Part shown: positions 55,593-64,000 of the stretch, piece by piece
Numbering within the stretch: position 1 is the stretch's first letter
How the letters are laid out: the number at the start of each line of letters is the position of its first letter
NCBI GenBank assembly: GCA_964016885.1
Contig: OZ024740.1
Location: 53,320,001 to 53,384,000, forward strand
Source: Eledone cirrhosa
Taxonomy: Eukaryota
Reading direction: 5' to 3'
DNA length: 64,000 bases
Made by a program: the position numbers and the translations under genes
The notes under the pieces: generated by a model
What the model was told of the DNA's origin: nothing
The model's database searches: none
What the model saw: the letters and a program-made list of their open reading frames with translations, nothing else

Positions 55593-58193
55593 GTGTATGT
55601 TTACGTACATATGTAAAAGAGGATGGCCTGGAGAGCCGTATATACTGAAATGACAAAGAACGATTAATGGTTATTTTTTTTTCATTTTTTAAATCACGAA
55701 AATTCGTTAGCGTCCGAGTAAGGTTTAAATAAGAACAATAGAAATAGACAATAGATTGCGCTTGGCCTAAAGGTTCACATTCATATTTTTTATAATAGAA
55801 ATGAGCTTCTTCATTGTACCTTAACTGAAACAGGAAGATGTCAAGGATGTACGATTTTCATATATTCATTTACATTTGAAATAAAACATACATTATAAAA
55901 TTTTTTATTCGAAAATAATTAGATCTATCAGAGGTGATAGTTTGAACAGCATTAAAAAAAAAAAAATTCTTGATGAATGGATTAATCAGCCAAGTATGTT
56001 TTCTCTTTAAGGCTAAAGTTTAGTTTGTGAGTTGCCACTTAAGTTCTCTTATTCGTTTATTAGGAAATATGTCATTAATATCGAACCTAATATGTGTAGC
56101 GATGAGTTTAATGCGAAAGGTAAATGATGAGTAATTCGAGTAGCACCAGTACTGTTTCAGTTCCAACTAAAACCATATCAATTCAATACGAAAGCTAATG
56201 TTTTACGAATATGTTGAACACTACAGCTAATACGTTCTATTCTTCAATAAAATATAAGGCATTTATAATTACATAAAATTATGAAGTTTATTGTTGCTCA
56301 ATACAATTCTATTTTCCTGAAATGTAATTTTGGGGTAACATGATCCGATTTCAAATTTTCGGGTTAATTTATCTTTCAATGTGCTAAGCCCGAGAAATAT
56401 ATGATCATTAGGACATCATTCCATTAAAATGCAGGTTTTGTGTGTCTATTAAGAAAAAACGTAAATCGTGGGAGCATTAAAAATCATATCTAGCCTAGTT
56501 TGACGGACTTTGTCTGCTATTGAAGAATTTGTGGTCGGTATCCTGTCCAAAGTATTATATTATGATTGCGGTCGATACATCTTAGATTCACTAACCTGAT
56601 TCACATTGAAGTTGAATAGACACCGTGGTGAAAAAGCAAAAAACATTGAGTAAAAAACATGTTCCAATAATTTGTTGCACTGCTCTGAAATCCTCCATGT
56701 TCAGAACACTGGTTTCTGTATTTGGCTCTGATTTTCAGTTTAGCCATTTCCAATCACTTCCATAATAAATTATCTTGAGAAAGGCTTGAACATTAAACAA
56801 CTCATCTCTACCGTGTCAACTATAAATCAGAGTGCCTGTACGATTCTAAATACTCTGCAAACTATTAACCAGTTTCATATGGTAGATAGAACAGCATGAC
56901 TTAAAACGTCAATATTATTCGGAAATAGATGGAATGCACAAATTATCTCTTCTCACATGAACATATCAAATGTTGAAGAGACAAACAAATTCTTACCGGT
57001 TATCATCAATAGAAATGCACACATGTAACTGATGTCGGAATGCTAGTATAATAAACAAATTACTTAGATATTCTAATACTATTTTCAAGACTGTGTTTGT
57101 GCTTTCTTCTTAGTTTTATCCATCTATATGCCTACAGAAAACTACATATAAAACAGTTGAAACATTTACATAAAAAATATACATCGGTAACAGAAGTTTT
57201 ACTTTAGTGCCACCCATCGCAACAAAAAATAACAATCAAAACAACGAAAAAAATTGGCTGCTTTCCAATTTAGATCTTTCAGACCTGGTATTTCCATCTT
57301 ATTCGTTTTAATCAACCCTTTCGTCTCCCCAGTACTAAAGATAAAAAACAAACAAACAAAAAACAGAGATAAATACATTCAGACAAAGAATATCTCCCTC
57401 AACTATTTGAGTGATTGTCTGCAATTCTTGGCTGCTTACTAATTTACTCGTTAAGATTGTAAGTTTTCTTTCTTCTAATAGTGTAATTTTCCAGTCAGTA
57501 GAGCTCAGTCGTTATGTCAAACAACTTCACTTTTTCTTGATCTCGTGATTATGTTAATGGTCAGAAATTTGGCATCAGTGAAAAATGAAAAGAGTGAGAA
57601 AAAACAAAACAAATAATATATTAAGCGGCTCTTGCAAAAAAAAAACTACAAATAAACAAAACATAAGATAGTAAAAAAAAAAGGAATGAGATCACATGAA
57701 CAAAACATTCATAACATAACAACACCACGAACAATAACACTGAAACCACACTTCTGCACTTCCACAACCTCTAGATACATGATTATATGGACTACAGAAG
57801 AAAAAATAAAAATAATTAAATAACGAAGTACAAAAAAATACATTCAACGATTAGAACAAAAGCAACAACGGTAACGGCAAAACAAAAAAAAATGGTTTTA
57901 TGTTTTATATTGTAAAGATTATGAAAATTGTTGGCATACTTTGTAAATATGCCAACAATTTATCTCTGGGAAACTACATCCGTTTTAATTATGCAATGTT
58001 ATATCTGCCTCTGTTGGTTAGACCAATATACATACATGTATATATATATATACAGTATATATATATATATGAGTCTATGTGTGTGTATGGGTATGTACAT
58101 CTCTTTCTCTCTCTCGGCTGTCACCGAAATATATATAGCTGTATATCTATAATTTATAATAAACGAAGCCAAATTTTACATATTTGACTTAAT

Positions 58194-58253
<60 letters not shown>

Positions 58254-58254
58254 A

Positions 58255-58970
58255 TAAATATAAGACAGTAAATAGAGAGAAAAACACAAAGAGATATGTA
58301 TTGAATTTTAGGAGATAGAATACTACCAGAATGAAAAACATAAAGTCTACGAAAGAAATGGAAAATACATATCAATCGAGATTGTCATATAAAGAGCCCC
58401 GATTGTATACCTCGAGCTCATTAAATTGCAGGGGATTAATTCGAGTTTTTAACTCCGTTTTTTTTTTTTTTAATTTGATATATTGGCTCCTAATTATTTC
58501 TTTATGTAAGTTGAGCTTCTTAAGTTGAATCGTTCTGGGCTGTTATTTCTAGCGGTCTTTCGGTCCATTCACACAAGTATGGACTGTGTAGCGTACATGT
58601 TTTCTTCTCTTTACACCATGCGTTATTTTAGTTATCTGAAATAATTTTAGAAGTGAGGACCGTACACTTATTGATAAGCCCTTAGTGGTATGGTACCTTC
58701 ACTTTTTATGGCGAAACATTCTCTTATTAGAGTTTGTCCAGGTGTTATAGTTATAAAAGGTTGGTTTGTGCATTTTAATTTATTCTTTTAATTGATATGT
58801 ATTTTCCATTCCTTTCGTAGACTTTATGTTTTTCACTCTGGTTGTATTCTATCCCCTATAATACCTCTTTGTGTTTTTTTTCTATTTACTGTCCTATAAA
58901 GAGCCCAGATTCTATACGTTCAGGTGATTAACGCGAGTTTTTAACTCCGTTTTTTTTTTAATTTGATACA
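58255..58970 (+). mobile_element. Old non-coding PLE-type insertion with an inverted arm, a direct repeat and a decayed HHR
   Basis: 58262-58377 is inverted vs 58791-58896; 58389-58480 is direct vs 58896-58969; HHR relic at 58665-58744. Confidence 0.7.
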
Positions 58971-59069
58971 CACACGCACACACACGTACACACACACACA
59001 CACAGACACACAAACACACACACACACATATATATAAATAAATATATATATATATATATATAACGGAGG

Positions 59070-59894
59070 ATTTTTTTTGGGGGGGGGGGATTCTGAATTA
59101 ATTTTCCGTATCAAATTTTACTTATACTTCGTACGAGCTTTTATGTAGCTCGCACTAGAACTTTTGTATTGTGGCGGCACCCTTAGAGATAGTAGTAGTA
59201 TTCTTTTTCGGGACTCTGAATTATTATTTCGTATTAGTTTACTTTTTTGCACTGGGTGGTTGCTGGCCTTGTGCCTGGGGTAGAAACCTTTATTTTTTAT
59301 TTAGTGGTAGTTTCTTTAGTATCTTGGCCCTCACTTGTTGACCCGTCACCGTAAGATATATTCGGTTTATTACTTATACCTCTTAAAAGGGTCCCATTAT
59401 TATTCCGTCCCACCTAGTATACCTTTCTTTAGCCTAGCTGTACCAGTGAGAGATTTAGGTCGTAGTAACCAGAAATTGTTTATTTTTCTTTACATTTAAT
59501 TGCTTTTTAACACTCTCGGAATTTGTCTATATACTTACCCCATATCGTTCTACTTATCGTTTCGACTTCCTCCCCCTCCTCCTCCTTAGTATCTTCTTTG
59601 ACCTCATGCCCAGCTGTAGTCGGCACTATCAACGCATGAATGGGTCTCCTCCACCCATCTCCCTTTTTCTCCTACTGGCAGATTCAGCTACCCCTTCCCT
59701 CCACAAATTGCCATCATTGAATTATTTTGTCTCAACAACAAAACTTTGACCAATCCTTGTGACAAACACTTTTACCATATATGGAATTACCCCTTGAGAA
59801 GCTCGGCTATTCAAATACCAGGATAAACATTTTCATTTAGTCCAGAATTAGCCGTCGAAACGGCTTGAGCTCAGCCGTCGGGGTCTTACTCGTT

Positions 59895-59897
<3 letters not shown>
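59070..59897 (+). mobile_element. Diverged solo 3' UTR of the PLE copy-3 family
   Basis: Collinear in reverse complement with about 29155-30000, with the same 3' terminus GTTCCT-(AT)n. Confidence 0.85.
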
Positions 59898-59931
<34 letters not shown>

Positions 59932-60575
59932 CATATATATATAAATATGTATGTAAAAGGTAAACAGAAATAACAACACAATCGGTACAGTATATGAAAG
60001 GGATATATTAGGTTAACGGTTGATATAGCAGGAAGAGGGTCTTAACGTTTCGGACACTAGTCCTTCTAAGTATGTATGTGTGTGTGTGTGTGTATATATA
60101 CGTATAATAAAATTAGGAGAATTAACAAGGAGAATACAACGAACGAAAAAAAGGCAGAACAAATCGAAGAAAAAAAAAATTAAAGGGACAACCTTAAAAT
60201 AAAAAAAAAGGAAACAAACAAAATACAGAACTCCAAGGTCTTCAGCCGTCGAGAAGGACATTGGTAGTTTCGACTCCAACCGACGGTGCTGCTGTGTCGC
60301 AGCGTCTGACACAAGCCAAAGCGCTGTCCGTGGAGTAAAAGACAAGACAAAACAATAATTTACAGCAATTACGCCATAACAATGTCTATAATCACGTAGA
60401 GTTTTTCAATCTACTATTTGTTGACACATATAATCAATGTAGAATATCAAGCAACAAAATATGCAACATTGTGATGAGCGAAAAATGTTATCCGGTAAAA
60501 GGAAAATAAAACATATAGAATCCATGTACTTATCTACTAGCACAACGTCTTGATAGTTCTGAGATTTACTATTTA

Positions 60576-61421
60576 CTAGCAGAATGGCCCGGCGTTGCTC
60601 GGGATTCTAACCATAGATTGGCATATTTATCCCCCCTTTCTGAAACAGTACAGAGAAGTACGGAATACCTCGGCCTGGGGATGGTGTCTACATTTTGTGC
60701 TTATAAAAAAAATTCGTCGTAGATTACCAGTGGGTTAACTTAATTGAGTCTCTGAGAGTAAAATGTTCAACCCACGAAAGCCAAGACGATAGGGTTAAGT
60801 AAAAAGGCATTCGACAAACCGAACATGTATTTGTTGTGCTATGGTACAATGAAAGCAATAGTTACAGAGCAGTAAGCATGTGAGACTGCAGTGGTGGAGA
60901 GCATGAAGGAATTTAGTTGGATACATTTAAGGTTACAGGCCCTAACGCAACCAAAATGCTAAACAATGCGGTCCCCGGGCAAAAATTTGAAATCTTTTTC
61001 AGTCAAGAAACTTTGTGAAACATGAGTAATGCATATGCAAAGTTAAAAATAAATCGGTTGTGTACTTCTCGAGTTACAGGCCCTAACGCAATGCTTCAAA
61101 AAATCGGTTTTTCGCCTAATGCGGTCCATGGGACAAAAAATGAGAAAATCTTTTTTGCTCAAAACACTTTAAACGACATAAGTAATGCACATTTTGAAGA
61201 AATAGCCTGTATTATTGTTCCATTATGCCTCATAAAAGCCTTTAAAGCCTAAAATATGCGGTTTTTCGCCTAATGAAAATTTGAAATTCGCATTGAAAAT
61301 TTGAAATATTTTTTGCTCAAAACACTCACACGACCATAAGTATTACATGTGTAAAGTTTGAAAAATTGAGTTTTAGGGAGACAGACAGACAGACAGACAT
61401 TCTCTGTTTTAGATATATAGA
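60576..61421 (-). mobile_element. Non-autonomous Helitron
   Basis: The minus strand starts A|TCTATATATC, has (GTCT)n near the 5' end, and ends with hairpin CCCGAGCAACGCCGGG then 8 nt and CTAG|T. Inserted between A and T with no target-site duplication. Confidence 0.85.
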
Positions 61422-61504
61422 TGTTTATCTTTTTCTCAAAATGTTCATATCAAAATTGGAGTGCGTTTACCCAGTCAAGAGGAATAAAAACAATATACGT
61501 GATA

Positions 61505-61680
61505 ATAAATTTCCCGGTGCATGTTTTAGCAGCATAGAGTTACGTCCCTCTACGGTCTGAGTTCAAATTCCGCCGAGGTTAACTTTGCCTTTCATCCTTA
61601 CGGGGTCGATAAAATAAAGCACCAGTAATGCACTGGGATAATTACTGGCCTTGAACCAAAATGTAGAAACAATTATTTCT
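61505..61680 (+). mobile_element. tRNA-derived SINE
   Basis: B box GAGTTCAAATTC followed by the shared core GCCGAGGTTAACTTTGCCTTTCATCCTTACGGGGTCGATAAAATAAAGCACCAG. Confidence 0.8.
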
Positions 61681-62609
61681 AATTCATCGAAATAAATTGG
61701 AGCAACACAACAAACAGGAAACCTTTTTGAGTTAAAATGAATACAAAATCAAATTTCTCATTTTATTCCTGTTTATAAACAATCCACTTATTCTCGTAAT
61801 TATAAAGAGTAATAATGACACTACGTTCAAAACAAAGTATCAGATACAAATGAAATATATATTAGAAAAGCAGTTTGAAGACAAAGAATTTGAAACAATA
61901 AGTTATTATAAATTATATCCGCTAAAACAAGATGTTAATTACAGCAACATCTAAAAAATATTAAATACAGTTCTACGTATTATATACGCAAAAATGCTGA
62001 ATAAGCTGACACACATAATCAGCGCACAATTTCCTTCCCATTTCCTATATATATAATTGACCATTCTAGTAAAACAAGCTTATTTAGTGAGTATACTTTG
62101 TCGAAGAAATCTAGAAATCTACAACAATCAAATTCTCTCCGTTGCTTTCACTAAGTTGGTATTAAAACAAAATTCACTCATACTGTAGTTTATAAGAATA
62201 TTCTAGACTAAAAGTTCTAAATGGCGGGGGCATATGCCTCGGGGGGCGTTTCGGAGCTCCAGGGGGCGTTTTGGAGCAAGGGGGCGTTAAGGCGGGGGCG
62301 CTGGAAGCCCCTTTAGTTTGGTAAGTTTTATAAGTCATATTTGTACGTCTCTTAGACAGCCAGGGTGAATGCATTTGAATGAAGAAAACGAAGAAAATAA
62401 ATGAAAGAAGCTTGTCAACGAATTCCCTAGGGAGATAAAAGAAAAACAAAAGAAATCAAGAAAATGAAAATAAGGACAACGTCAACTTTTACAACAGTTG
62501 CAAGAACAACTTCAACAGAAATAACAACAAAAAGAAGCAATGGTGGTGAAAGGTGTGGGTGTAAACATACATACAAACATACACACACATGCATACGTAC
62601 ATACATAGG

Positions 62610-62655
<46 letters not shown>

Positions 62656-63358
62656 CACACACAGGCCGGCGTTAGTGTTTGATTGAGGTTGAGAACCTGG
62701 TCAGCTTTCAGCCAGAGCTGTGGTATTTAATCTCCCTAGGTAATAATATCTGCAGACAAAAATGTTCTCCTTACAAAAAGCAAAAAAAAAAAACAACATA
62801 AATCATGTCAACATCCTTACACACTTAAATATAAATGCATGTCTATATACAAATGTATAAATGCATAGCTATATACATACGTAAATGTATGTATGTATAT
62901 ATGTATGTATGTATGTAGATTTATATATATATAAATCTAGATATATACTTATATAATTGAGATGAGCGGAACAAGCAAACATTAAACAAACTTTAAAATA
63001 AATTAAAATACAATTTAAATAATCACATGTCCAAAATGCTATTACCAACGGTTTCGCTTCACAAAAGATTGGAAATTCAGAGATTTCCAACGGAAAGATC
63101 AGCTCTTCAGATAGCTATTTCCATTCTATAGGACGTAAAGTCTCACAGATTGTAAATATATCTCTTACTGCCCGAAGTATGAGGTCAGGCCGTTAAAGTG
63201 ACCCACACATAAACAGGCCGTTAGTAAAAGTGGGAATATTGTTGTTTGCCACACCACTAAAAATAGCAGCAAGATACAACATTTTTTTCCTCTACACACA
63301 GGGAGAATATACATATATATATATATAAATCTACATATATAAATATATATATATATAT

Positions 63359-63862
63359 AGCGGCGATGAATTAGTTTAGCGAGGTTTTTTATATGAAATC
63401 GTGTGTCGAAACAGATATTGCTATACTTGGGGAGGGTCATATTTGCGTAATATTGCCAGAATTAATAACAGAACACACTCACTGTTTGGTTGGTTTTCGC
63501 TTCTCGCTGTCTTTTATATATATATATCTGCGATCTAACTTACTCGGTCCTCAATGTTGCCATTGACTGACCGACGGTCAAAAATAATACAGATACAATA
63601 TAGACACAAACACATATATATAGTTTACATAATTTACATAAATCTTTCGTTGCACATCTGCAACATCGTCAGTGGTGTTATATTCTTTGTTCCTCCTGTT
63701 GTGTTGTATGTCTACGCCATTTTTTATTCAGTCTGACTATATATTTATTTAGATCGCAGATATAAAAGACAGCGAGAAGCGAAAACCAACCAAACAGTGA
63801 GTGTGTTCTGTTATTAATTCTGGCAATATTACGCAAATATGACCCTCCCCAAGTATAGCAAT
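63359..63862. mobile_element. Second insertion of the 27.8-28.7 kb family, with a short inverted arm (63751-63862)
   Basis: Near-identical sequence to 27823-28719, with (TA)n at both ends. Confidence 0.82.
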
Positions 63863-63877
63863 ATATATATATATATA

Positions 63878-64000
63878 TATTTATTAAAATAACAGATTAA
63901 AGTTTAAGCGAAGAATCGCTGCTTTCACCCTTAACGGGATCTTCTGAAACTAACAAAGTCAATCTGTAAACGCAGAACTGGATATTTCAAAAAACGTTGC
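63878..64000 (-). mobile_element. Terminus of the 12.3-13.35 kb family, running off the window
   Basis: Near-identical to 12298-12420. Confidence 0.85.

Noticed and set aside
56330-57240. Moderately complex sequence that might be a DNA-transposon relic
   Set aside because: No terminal inverted repeats or transposase motif could be identified by eye.

Overview
AT-rich eukaryotic (animal) genomic DNA with no convincing host gene; the SINE and repeat content looks cephalopod/octopus-like, which is an inference from memory. Nearly all long ORFs in the track are translations of (TA)n/(TG)n microsatellites. The window contains: four 5'-truncated Penelope-like retroelement (PLE) copies (RT and/or C-terminal GIY-YIG endonuclease); several non-coding PLE-type insertions with inverted or tandem termini sitting in (TA)n; kilobase-long (TA)n tracts; a CR1-like LINE RT relic; tRNA-derived SINEs; and a non-autonomous Helitron. 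The main hidden signal is RNA structure: about 50 type I hammerhead ribozyme (HHR) motifs can be read by eye. Two apparent satellites (about 466 bp x 4 and about 425 bp x 37) each carry one HHR per unit. They are homologous to each other and show compensatory base changes, so they look like tandem non-LTR retrozyme arrays, with putative PLE helper families nearby. All folds and counts were done by hand and no activity is demonstrated.
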